Part shown: positions 1 to 10,326 of the stretch, piece after piece
How positions within the stretch are numbered: the stretch's first letter is position 1
How the letters are laid out: each line of letters opens with the position of its first letter
Source: Paraspadella gotoi
Taxonomy: Eukaryota; Animalia; Chaetognatha
DNA length: 64,000 bases
Direction of reading: 5' to 3'
Assembly (NCBI GenBank): GCA_051294375.1
Contig: JBJCIZ010000028.1
Coordinates: 1,549,576 to 1,613,575, forward strand
Notes under the pieces: generated by a model
Database searches by the model: none
Seen by the model: only the letters and a program-made list of their open reading frames with translations
What the model was told of the DNA's origin: nothing
Program-made: the position numbers and the translations under genes

Positions 1-655
1 ACTTGTAATTACTTTTATTGCCGTCCAAAACGAGGGACCGTAGTTGATGATGAAATAGTTCGTCCGGGAGCTCATAAATGTCACACATTTTAACGTTGAG
101 TTCCAACAACACGTCATTGATTCTCGGGATAGTTCTCAATTTCCCGTTGACGGAAACGTCGCATTTTGTTAGACGACGTTGAAAAAGTTCATTGGGTAGG
201 CTCAACAAGTTGCAGTGGCTCAAAGTCAGTTCGCTCAGTCGGTCAGCGAACCCATCCGGAATGAGCATCAGCGGTCTATTTGACACAACCTCAACTTTCT
301 CCAGCGCGGGTAAGTTTCCTAACCAAGGAGGAAACAAGTAAAATTCGTCTTCTTTTTTTCGAAACGAAGTCACTTTGGAGAATTTTTTCATTTCCTCATC
401 CGAGTCGACGATTTCCATGGGACCGATAAAGTCGAAAGCTGTGATTTTGCTCGCCGTATCTTCGTCCACCTGCATCTTTAAAAACTTCAAATCTCTGACT
501 CCCAAGGATCGCAAGTCGAGCTGGAGTTTCGTGCCCATTTTGGGATTTTTAAGAATGACCCGTTCGATAAAGTCAGAGGTCAGACGGAAAACTCGGCAGT
601 TTCCGTCCGTAACAATAGAATCGCGGTGGAAATAGAGATATTCTTCGGGATCCAT
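1..655 (-). CDS. Leucine-rich-repeat protein, 5' part (continues beyond window start)
   Basis: Open frame from ATG at 655 (MDPEEYLYFHRDS...) with LRR-like repeats: LGNLPALEKVEVVSN, LSELTLSHCNLLSLPNELF, LLELNVKMCDIYELPDELF, LRSLVLDGN. Absent from the ORF track because it has no stop inside the window. Confidence 0.75.
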   Translation of the reverse strand, partial: MDPEEYLYFHRDSIVTDGNCRVFRLTSDFIERVILKNPKMGTKLQLDLRSLGVRDLKFLKMQVDEDTASKITAFDFIGPMEIVDSDEEMKKFSKVTSFRKKEDEFYLFPPWLGNLPALEKVEVVSNRPLMLIPDGFADRLSELTLSHCNLLSLPNELFQRRLTKCDVSVNGKLRTIPRINDVLLELNVKMCDIYELPDELFHHQLRSLVLDGNKSNYK

Positions 656-1184
656 GATTGTAATGGGAAAGAAAAGTTCTGCGCTCTAATGACCTTTTGG
701 TGGATTCAAATTTTTCATTAGTTTAACTGAAAAATTTATTTCTGTAAATGNNNNNNNNNNCATCGCGTCATATTTACGAACGGTGAGTCTAAAAGAATTT
801 GATCCAACTGTCTTTTTTTTTTCACAAGTCACGTTTTTCTCGATTTCATCGGTAAATATATATATATATATATCTAATCTAAAAAAAAAGAATGGAATTG
901 GAAACGAACTTTGTGCCTTTGATTCTGCATGTAGGGACTTACCTGAACCAGGGTAATGAGTTATTTTTTTTAAAAGAAGTCGATCTGTATATATATGTAG
1001 CTTCCAAATCCCTGGCACCAAAATTATTTTGACATCTCGCCGTCTTTTGTTCCCGATATATCAGATAGATTAATATGGCTCCCTCCTGTGATTAATCCTT
1101 TATTATTTACCTTTCATCTGGCTCTATATTCCGATGTTCTCTCAGTTTGATTTTATCTCGGTGCCAGGGTGTTCCTCTAATATC

Positions 1185-1223
<39 letters not shown>

Positions 1224-1262
1224 CCCATAGCAACTTGCTATAACTTTACTCTCTTACCAAAT

Positions 1263-1498
1263 TGAAGAGACAGTAAATATTGTTGTGTATTAGTGACAGA
1301 ACCGTTCAATATAAGCAGTCCCTGAGCTTCGGATCAGGCTGTAACACCGAGTTACAGGCGGGTTAGGCGCCCCATCCCTCTTAACTGCTAGGCGACCACC
1401 GGGCTAGAACCCAGGACTTTTGGGTTGGGAGGCGAATGACTTGCCCCCGGCACCAATGGCCGCTGAAGAACGGTTGAATGGTTGAATGGTCCACCATA
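1263..1498 (-). mobile_element. Solo LTR of tRNA-bearing TRIM family 1
   Basis: Near-identical to the LTRs at 6985-7212 and 7401-7634. Termini TATGG...CTTCA on minus; exact 4-bp TSD AAAT at 1259-1262 and 1499-1502. Confidence 0.85.
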
Positions 1499-2311
1499 AA
1501 ATGTTGATTAAAATAATAATTTACTTAATACAATATTTAAAATTAGTTGAAACATAAATTATTAAATGGTATTATTTAATAGGCAAATAGATCGTCTGAC
1601 CAAAAATTTATTTATAGAGTTGCTCCTTATGGCATAAGTTATGCGCTACTAGAATATTCGTTTCATCTGGAATTTGTCAACCACCAGACAAATAGGATTT
1701 CTAAAGGATATTAGTAATTTTGTTAAAAATAGATGTCATTATCAATAATTAAAAAGAGGGGCGTCAATAAAAATTTTTTTTATAAGTTGCTACTTAACAA
1801 GATAACATTTTTTTATTTCCAATTTTTGTTATTTCTTTTTTCTTTTTCTTTTTATTTTGTCCTTTAATGTTGGTAATAAACGAAGAAAATATCGTCAGAC
1901 TCGATCCGGCGAGGATTTTTTTAAACCTTTGATAAACAATTTTGATATCATGTGCTTCGTTTTATCAGCTTTAAAAAAAAAAAGCGTTAAAAAAAAATAA
2001 CAAAGTCTAAAGATATAGAGAGGTGAGGCAGTAAGAGCAAACAGAAAAAGAAGAAAAAGAAAAAAAAAATATCAAAAGGGAAAAACTTATCGGGATAGTC
2101 TCGTTTCCAATTTTAAACCGGCTTGACGATAAACTGTAAAATAATGAGCCAATTTGAATTTCTCGGTTACTTATCACTTGAATTGTTAGCCGTCGACAAG
2201 GGCGGCGAGAGAAATGGCGGGCCCCTCCACCGGCCCCCTGGTCGCTCCTCCCCGCTCTCCATAATTTTAGTTTTTAGTTTTCGTTTACCGACTTTTCTGC
2301 CTTCTGTCTTT

Positions 2312-2581
2312 TGTAGTGATGTAATATCACTACCCGTTGGATACGACTGTTCCGTCCTTCAGCGCCGTAATAGCGCACTGGGCTAATGTTTCATCTCCGA
2401 ACCCAATGGTCCCAGGTTCTATCCCTGGTCGGAACCGTTCTTGCCTACCGCCGGATCCGAAGTTCCGGAAAGAAAGGCAACAGACGGAAAAATCTCCCAG
2501 AACCATTGGGCACACACTATCCACTATCCAGTATCCACACTCACAGAGAGGCATGGCGACCCTCTCCTCTCGGTCACTTCA
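2312..2581 (+). mobile_element. Probable solo LTR with tRNA-like A/B boxes (family 4)
   Basis: TGTAG...CTTCA termini; 5' hairpin GTAGTGAT/ATCACTAC; A box TAGCGCACTGG, B box GGTTCTATCCC; GATCCGAAG motif shared with family 1; flanks CTTT/CTTA; partial inverted copy at ~20500-20560. Confidence 0.65.
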
Positions 2582-2821
2582 CTTAATTTTAAAAAAAAAA
2601 TTGTAAAAAATTTTCGTTTTAGCAGGTGCTCAATTAAAATCTTTGTCCCTTGGGACTTAGCGAGAGAGGCGAGGCTACCCTTATTATAAAATTTAAATCA
2701 ACAAAGATTTTCTAATTCTTCATTGTTTATACACATTATTTTTTAACAATGGTAGAAGATCAAATTACAATTTACATAACGGTTAATAAAATCATTCTTC
2801 GGCGATTCTGTCGTGCCATCA

Positions 2822-3305
2822 TCAAGGGCATCTGAAAGACGCGGAGTTGCAGGATCCTTGACAACAATTGTCCGTGGAATCGCAATAAATGCCAGAACTG
2901 AGACAGCGACGCTGGGAAGGGATAGAAACGTAATTAATGCAACGTCGGGCCCGGTTAGTAATTTGATTGGTGACCCTATGGGCCCCGATAAACGGGCATT
3001 CTCGATAAAAACTGTAAAGTGATGAAAATTGAAGACAGTCGCGGAAAAGAGAGACAAATTGCACCTTTTTGGGAAAAGCTTCATTGATTTTATCTCGTAG
3101 TAACACACGAATAGGCGCTTGTTTCGACGCTCGCAAATTATTGCCAATGTTTCCCTATAAAAATATTATATTTAATATTCAATAATAAAGTTAGTTAACA
3201 ACGTCTATTGTCTAGCAATTTACTCACTCTGTTGAAGATCAAAGCTTCGGCTCCAAGGACAATACAGACGACGACGATGATAACGAAAACTTTCATTTTC
3301 TTCAT
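2822..3305 (-). CDS. Secreted inhibitor-cystine-knot (conotoxin-like knottin) precursor; exons 3305-3228, 3154-3065, 2911-2822
   Basis: Exon 1 signal peptide MKKMKVFVIIVVVCIVLGAEALIFNR (GTGAGT donor); exon 2 propeptide ending ...EAFPKK; exon 3 RR-CLSSGIYCDSTDNCCQGSCNSASFRCP*. C-C-CC-C-C framework after a basic cleavage site; both introns phase 0. Confidence 0.85.
2934..2982 (+). pseudogene. 5S rRNA-derived fragment inside knottin intron 2
   Basis: GCAACGTCGGGCCCGGTTAGTA (22 nt) is identical to the 5S genes of this window; the match continues with mismatches through GGTGACC..TGGG. Confidence 0.75.
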
Positions 3306-4531
3306 ATTAGTAACTAACTATTAATAATATTTGGTCTCATATTCAGTAAAACATGTGATTTTGTGAACTTTATTAAAATCTTATCACAATTACTGTTTGA
3401 TTGCTGAGCTTTTTATAATGGTGGTTTGAGTTTTACAATTTATGTATAATTAAACACGGCAAAAAAGAGTTAAAACTCTCTTAAATTAGTAGTTTTTTCT
3501 TTACGATTTTTATTTAAACAAAATAAAAAAACTATAAAAAGTATTTGAATTTTAACCAGTCCGAAACGAAAAATAATAAATTTACGACAAATTCAACTGA
3601 TTCCACAAAAATTAATCGAGCTAATAAATTCTAATTTTTGTCAGTTTGCAAGAAACGAGTTTTTAGAAAAACGATGAGAGAGAAGCCACTCGCCTGACAA
3701 GTGTATATCAGCCCAATCACAGTTGCTTAGGATCGAGCATTCTATCTATCTGAACACCTTGGGTTCGCGCCCCATGAATGTCAATACTAGTAAGCGGGAC
3801 GGGAAGGCTAACCTACCTTCATGCTGTCATGGCAGATTACAGTCCGATCTGTATATTTGAAGTTTGCGTTTGTTCGTTTCGAAACAGAAATAAAAGAAGC
3901 TAGAAAACAGATTTTAATAAGCAACAAAACGTTTGCATTTTGAAGTAAAAAAAGTTTATTAATCTATTCAAGAAAGTTAGGATAACGTAGTAGCTAGTGG
4001 GGGTTTTAAATATTACTTTAAATATTATTTTGAAGTTATGAGAGATCAATCAGATGAATATGGTCGATGACGTCGAAAGGTGAATCCAACGAAAATCCAA
4101 AAAAATTTGTATTGAAGTTTTGATTTTCAAACTTCTTCTCAGGTAAGAAATTGAGATTTTTTATGGTCATTTCTTTAACTTTTTATAGAGATTGTAAGAT
4201 ATAGACAATATTGCTACGGAATAAAATCTATTATAACTTGATATGGTTAACTGAAGAAGGAAAGTAAGAGAGGAAGAGTGGGAACAAAGGGAGAGACAGA
4301 GAGAGACAGAGAGAAAAAAAAAGAGAGAGAAGAAATATAGGAAAAGTAGAAAAGAAAGATGCGAAAAAAAAATAAACTTTTTGAGAATTTTTTGTTTGTT
4401 TCTGCGCTCATGCAAAAAACAAAAAACCAAATTATCAAAATTTAATTTTTATTGTAAGAAAATATGTAATAAAATAAAATTGATTTAAATTCATGAATTA
4501 CTAAAAACTAAGTCATAAATTACTATTTTTT

Positions 4532-5061
4532 TTATATATTTCTGCATGTGGCTTTTTCTGCCGAGACGCATCTCAGTTCAATCTTGTCAAATTTATCTCC
4601 TTCATTACAAATCCAGGTTCTTCCTTGTCCTACATCGTGACAACTGCCAAGGGTAAGAAAGAGAGATGTCGCTTTAATAAAAGATAAGTGTCATTGGGAA
4701 TTTTATTTTTTCAGCCTCAAAAGACCAAACTAATACTCATAATATTATGGTGGACTAAAAATCTACCAACCCTTCATCAGTCGTCATTGGTGCAGGATGC
4801 AAGTCATTCGCCTCTCAACCCAAAGGTTAAGAAATAGGGATAAACATTAAATAAGAAGAAATGAGGCGCTACCAGAAAATAGTGCCGAAACTTACTAGTA
4901 ATATTTTCTGCAATTGCTCTCGTGAGGGACGGTCATGCCGCCATGTTTACAAGCGCCCATTCCGGATGTGACGACAGCGCTGCCGCCGCCGCCGCCGCCG
5001 CCGCTGCCAGACCCGTCAGCGCCGCCAATGATGCTGCTGCCATCGCTGCCATCGCTTTTTA
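4532..5061 (-). CDS. Gly/Ser linker plus chitin-binding type-2 (CBM14/peritrophin-A) domain; exons 5061-4896 and 4643-4532; probably the last exons of the protease gene
   Basis: VKSDGSDG...GSGGGGGGGSAVVTSGMGACKHGGMTVPHESNCRKYYYCHDVGQGRTWICNEGDKFDKIELRCVSAEKATCRNI*. Six Cys with CBM14 spacing and aromatic residues; phase-2 GTAAGT...CAG intron. Confidence 0.8.
4746..4830 (+). mobile_element. Truncated 5' piece of TRIM family 1 LTR
   Basis: TATGGTGGACTAAAAATCTACC...CATTGGTGC...CAAGTCATTCGCCTC matches the LTR start. Confidence 0.7.
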
Positions 5062-5108
5062 CTGAAGTTAGAAACACTTAGTTCATTTTTATATTATTTT
5101 ATTATATA

Positions 5109-6816
5109 CAGATCTGCTCAAAAAAAGTTTAACAGTTATGATAAAAGCATTTTATTTCGTTATTTGAAGGAAAATAGTACTTTTTAGGACTCAGTTAGTT
5201 AATACGTTGTCAGACCACTATTTGCTTCCAGCACCACCTCCCTGCAATGAGGTAGAGGCTGCACAATTATGAAGGATTCAGCTCCCCAAATTCATTTCTA
5301 AAATTTTTAGTCGGATCTGCTTTCAGCAGCTCCCGACTCTATAGTTCACTTTGTCGGTCCGTCGGTCCGCCCCCTCAATCTTGTTTTATATCATGTCAGA
5401 ACATCGAATTATGATAAATTATGCAAAAAAAACGATGTCCGTCCGTCCGTCCATCCTACCTTAGCAAAAAACACCTATTACTCGTGATTGGATGGATGGA
5501 TTGGAATAAAATTTTGTGTGTGGGTAGGGAAGTATGTGATTGAGCTGGATATGAAGCTTCGATGGAATCGTCCGAGTAGAAATGAGTTTAAATGGAAAAA
5601 ACAAAAAAATATATTTCACTATTTGAACACCAATTACTCATGAGTGGATGGGGCGATTGACTTAAAATTTTGTATTTGGGTGGAAAAGTGTGTGATTAAA
5701 CTGGAAATCAAGTTTTGATGGAATCGTTTGAGTGGAAATAAGTTTAAATTAAAAAAACAAAGAACCTGTTTCACTAATTGATTATGCTTTTATTTTCTTT
5801 TTATTTTAAATGTAAATACAATATGTATTAATTAATCAAACAATTAATTAGTTAATTAATCAATTAGTCAATTAATTAATCAATAATTAATTAATCAGTT
5901 AATTAATCAATCAAAACAAAGATTTTGGATCAAATTAATTGCATAATTGCATAATTAATTAAATAATTAATTTGAATAAATTAATTATTAATTAAATAAT
6001 TAATTAATTAATTAATTACCGATAATGATCGTGGGCAGATCCGAAATTGCTTGCTCAAACTTGTTTAGATTTTGTTGACTGTCATGGCGTTATGCTATCC
6101 CTTTTCATCCTTGACCAAACATTTTCGATGAAGTTGCAGTCAGGTGAATTTCCGGGCCAACTTTGAGCACCTCGATCCCATTTTCCTCATGACATTTTTG
6201 AGTGGTTTTAGCTTTGTATCCAAGAGCTCTATCCTCCATGAAAAGCCGCCCATTCACTGTTCAACGACTGGCAACACTTCCTCTTCTCTCCATTTTTTTC
6301 CCCAACTGGCTTGCAGAAGCCTTACAATCTTGAATTGCGAGACTATCCACGTCATCGTTCTCACTCTCTGTGGACATGCGAGGACGCCTGCTTCCAACAG
6401 CTCGTCCAAGGTGTCCAGTTGCTTCAAATTTGTTGACAACTCTGCAGATGGTTGTTAGAGGGAAATGAAACTGTTTGGTGATCCTATATCTTGACAAACC
6501 CGCCTTCCAAAGCTATTGCAGCTTTCTTTTTGGGGATCAGCTGTTTTGAAGTTTCGGGGGTAAAAAAATACAAAAAAAAAAAAAAAAAACAAAGATGGAT
6601 AAAAATTGTTTTCCGCAAAAAAAAAAAAGGAAATTGTAAGACAGAATTTCGATCCTTTTTTTATTTTAGCACAGCTTCTATAATATTTAGCCTAAAAACC
6701 TCGTCATGGGCTCGGATGAAAGATATTTGTCTGGCTTTCAACTGAACCCAAATTTTAATTAATAGGACGACAGAGACAAGCGAGATAGTAGGGGGTTCAA
6801 ATTTTGAGCAGATCTG
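5109..6816 (-). mobile_element. Degenerate Tc1/mariner DNA transposon
   Basis: TIRs CAGATCTGCTCAAAA / TTTTGAGCAGATCTG flanked by TA on both sides. Minus-strand remnant YRITKQFHFPLTTICRVVNKFEATG...GSRRPR (6261-6497) resembles a Tc1 paired-like HTH with GRPR-type motif. Confidence 0.8.
5310..6062 (+). mobile_element. DINE-1/HINE-like non-autonomous Helentron nested in the Tc1 element
   Basis: Subterminal inverted repeat TCGGATCTGC...GCAGATCCGA; (GTCC)n microsatellite; internal tandem subrepeats; T-rich insertion context. Inverted copy at ~55540-56575; fragments at ~47830-48090 and ~53300-53420. Confidence 0.6.
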
Positions 6817-6984
6817 TATAATATTTTTATATTATTATTATTTTTACTATTAAAATGGTCCCGAATTTTTACATTCTCCGTGTTTACTAGAAATAGAATT
6901 ATAAAATTGACTAGAAAGGAAGATTAGGAAGTAAAAATGTTACATTAATCGCAGGTATTTGGTTTATTCCTTTTTTCTAATTAT

Positions 6985-7634
6985 TGAAGAGACAGTAATT
7001 ATTGTTATGAGTTAGTGACAGAACCGTTCAATATAAGCAGTCCCTGAGCTTCGGATCAGGCTGTAACTCCGTGTTACAGGCGGGTTAAGCGCCACGTCGC
7101 TCTTAACTGCTTGGCGGCCACCGGGCTAGAACCCTTTGGGTTGGGAGGCAAATGTCTTGTCTCCGGCACCAATGGTTGCTGATGAATGGTTGGTGGATTT
7201 TAGTCCACCATACATCCCCCCCTCCCGTAGGGAGAAGTCTGTTGCGTCTCTTCAGTGAATTGTTGTTGTTGGTGGAAAGTTCGTCACCAAGTTGAGGCAT
7301 GTCGCCTGATGTGTTGTGGGCGAAAAGTGCATCGCCAGGTTGAGGCATGTCGCCTGAAAGTGTTGTTGTTGCTGTTGTGTTCGGAAGTCGGGCTCACCAA
7401 TGAAGAGACAGTAATTATTGTTATGCGTTAGTGACAGAACCGTTCAATATAAGCAGTCCCTGAGCTTCGGATCAGGCTGTAACACCGTGTTACAGGCGGG
7501 TTAAGCGCCCCATCCCTCTTAACTGCCAGACGACCACCGGGCTAGAACCCCGGACCTTTTGGTTGGGAGGCAAATGTCTTGCCTCCGGCACCAATGGTCG
7601 CTGATGAATGGTTGGTGGATTTTAGTCCACCATA
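6985..7634 (-). mobile_element. Complete TRIM (miniature LTR retrotransposon) with tRNA-derived promoter in both LTRs
   Basis: 5' LTR 7634-7401 and 3' LTR 7212-6985; 188-bp non-coding interior starting with PBS-like TTGGTGAGCCCGAC and ending with PPT GGGAGGGGGGGA; exact TSD TTAT at 6981-6984 and 7635-7638. LTR has A box TGGTGCCGGAGG and B box GGTTCTAGCCC. Confidence 0.9.
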
Positions 7635-7659
7635 TTATCTTTTTATTAATAAAAAAGGA

Positions 7660-7715
<56 letters not shown>

Positions 7716-7815
7716 AAAAAAAAGAGAGAGAAACCCAAACTAAATATTCAAAGTTGCAAAAGCGGACTTTAATAAACAGATGGACAGACAGACAGACAGA
7801 TAGACCCGTCTAACT

Positions 7816-10268
7816 TTAACCTATTTTTTCTTTGATCCAATACAGATACGGAACAACTTCGGTGAACATTCCGGGGACTCTTGAATTGGCGGTACCGCAG
7901 TCTGGCGGACCGTAAGAGACAATGCCAACGACGGCATAGTCGCCTGCTTTGTTTTTGCAAGCCAACGGTCCTCCCGAATCTCCCTGCGTTATGGTTAGAC
8001 GAGTTTTAAGTATAATATTTCCAAAACTATAATAATTATCCATATACATTGGTTATCATTATTAAATTCCTGCAATTATGAAACAATTTAAAAACTTAAC
8101 TTTAGATGTAAATTGGCTGGACAACCTAAAAGAAAAAAAACTTTAAATAACAAAAAAATACAAACAAAAACAATAGGAACTGCAAGAACCAAATAAAATA
8201 CATCGAGAAAAAAACAACTATAATAACCGCCGCAGCCAGAACAACCAGAAACAGCGAAATATTGTCGTGCTGTACTTTAAAAGTAAAAACATTAACATCC
8301 AAACTCGACCTGACAAGCTGACCAACTTCCTGGATTTCCAAATCCCAAAATATTATCGGCAAAGGATCTCCAACTCCAGGGAAATCTCCAGGCTTGATCC
8401 CAAATCTTTCTGAGGGGAGATTCTTCCCAAATGTCGCCTTCAGCCTTGTAAAATGTATTTATTTTTATTAATATAATTATTGTTATTATTATTAGGAAAC
8501 GAATTTGAGCAAACAATGTCGGATCAAGTGATTGAATAAATAATCAATTAATTAATTATTGTTGGATTAAATCAACGACTTAATTCTTTGTGACGATCGT
8601 CACTAAATAATAATTAAATAAATTGTTGTAGTTGTTGCAGTTGCAGTTGTTGCAGCTTGCTTTTACATTTAACATGAAAGCATTTAAACTCATTTCTACA
8701 TGGACGATTCAATCAAAATTTGATTTCCATCTCAATCACAAAATTCAATTCCTCCCTCACATTTAAAATTTAACGTGATGAACTAATGAGTAAATGGCGT
8801 TCAAAGCTAAAGGGAGACAGAAAGACGGATATCATTTTTCTTGCATTGTTCTGAGATGATTTAGAATTGTATGGGCGGACCGATGGACCGACAAAGTGAA
8901 TCCTAGAACCGGAATCTGCTTTAAGAAGTTCCGTCTAAAAAAGTCATTAAATTGGAACAGATTTAAAAAAATCCAAGTTTTTACCAATCGCTTTTGTTTA
9001 TCATATAACAATTCCAAACAACCTTTCTTAGTTGATCCGGAACGCTGCCTCTGCCCTCGGCGTCCTTGTCTATGTATCCCCAACCAGAGAGGACGCAGTT
9101 TTCTGCGCCTCGGAAATCATCTCCGAGTTTGGGCAGACAAGCCGTTCCTACGTTGGGACCTGAAGTGGTTTTAAGAATTTTTACCTTATGAAATTGGTAC
9201 AACCAATATAAAAATTATCCATTTATTTAATAAATAAGCTTTCTTGTCCCTGACTTTTGGACAGGCTTTGGTGGTTTAAGGCCTCCATCACACTTACAAG
9301 ATACTAACATAGCAGGTTTCTGCAAGCTTTCAATCAAGACTCTCTCACAGTCTTGTTTATTCACTTACAATGAAGACAGCATTGTGAAAACAGCATTGAG
9401 GAAAGGCGGAGCGCATTTGGCTTGCCAGGACCGTAGAGCATCACATCATCACTGCAGGGTCAGACTCCGTCATGGTCAAGAGCTGGGTTATTAGCGGAAA
9501 CCGGAGAACTGCCGATGTTATTAGCGGAGCCTGACGTCTCGGCGGTTCAAAAATATCATTTACCTTTCCTAATTTACATATCCGGTCAAAATTTTGTGAA
9601 ATTGTTCCAACCAATACAAAAATTATAATAATTTTTTACCAGCTTATTTCATTAGATTTTTGTGAATATTTAACAATTTAAGATATTTATATACATATTA
9701 AGGATATTTTAGCGCATGAAAATAGTGTTGAAAAAAAAATGAGTTGGTGAGATATAAAAATTGTGCAGATCAAAACTTATAAAAGAGAGAAATAACGCAA
9801 ATCACAACGTCCAAAAATTTACTATTTGGTAAAAAATTTTTTTTTTTTAAATAATATTATTTCAGTTTGTATCGTGATAGGAATTTTAAATGAAATAATT
9901 AAATAATAAAAATTAAATGACAACTTTTTAAAAAAACAATAAAACCTGTGACGTCCACGGGTCGGTCCAACTTCAGCAGAGCGATGTCATATCCGTCATA
10001 AAAAGCATCAATATTGAATCTTTCATGAAGGTAAAGTTCGGAGATTTCAAAATCTTGGACGGGTTCACCCGTTGATCCGAGTTTCCATTCACCAAGACGA
10101 ACCTTCGCGAAAATATGCTCGTCTTTGGTTTTTTTTCTCTCAAGTAATAAAATAATAAAATAATAAAATACAATAGAAAGAAATAATTAGATAGAGATTA
10201 CACATGGGAGTACAGGTACAGTATTTTTATTTATAACCAATATTTCGATCCATTGGACAGATGATTTT

Positions 10269-10326
<58 letters not shown>

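Noticed and set aside
1263-1498. Functional tRNA gene or ordinary tRNA-SINE in the repeat family
   Set aside because: No clean cloverleaf or tail; fixed 4-bp TSDs and a two-LTR copy with PBS and PPT indicate an LTR.
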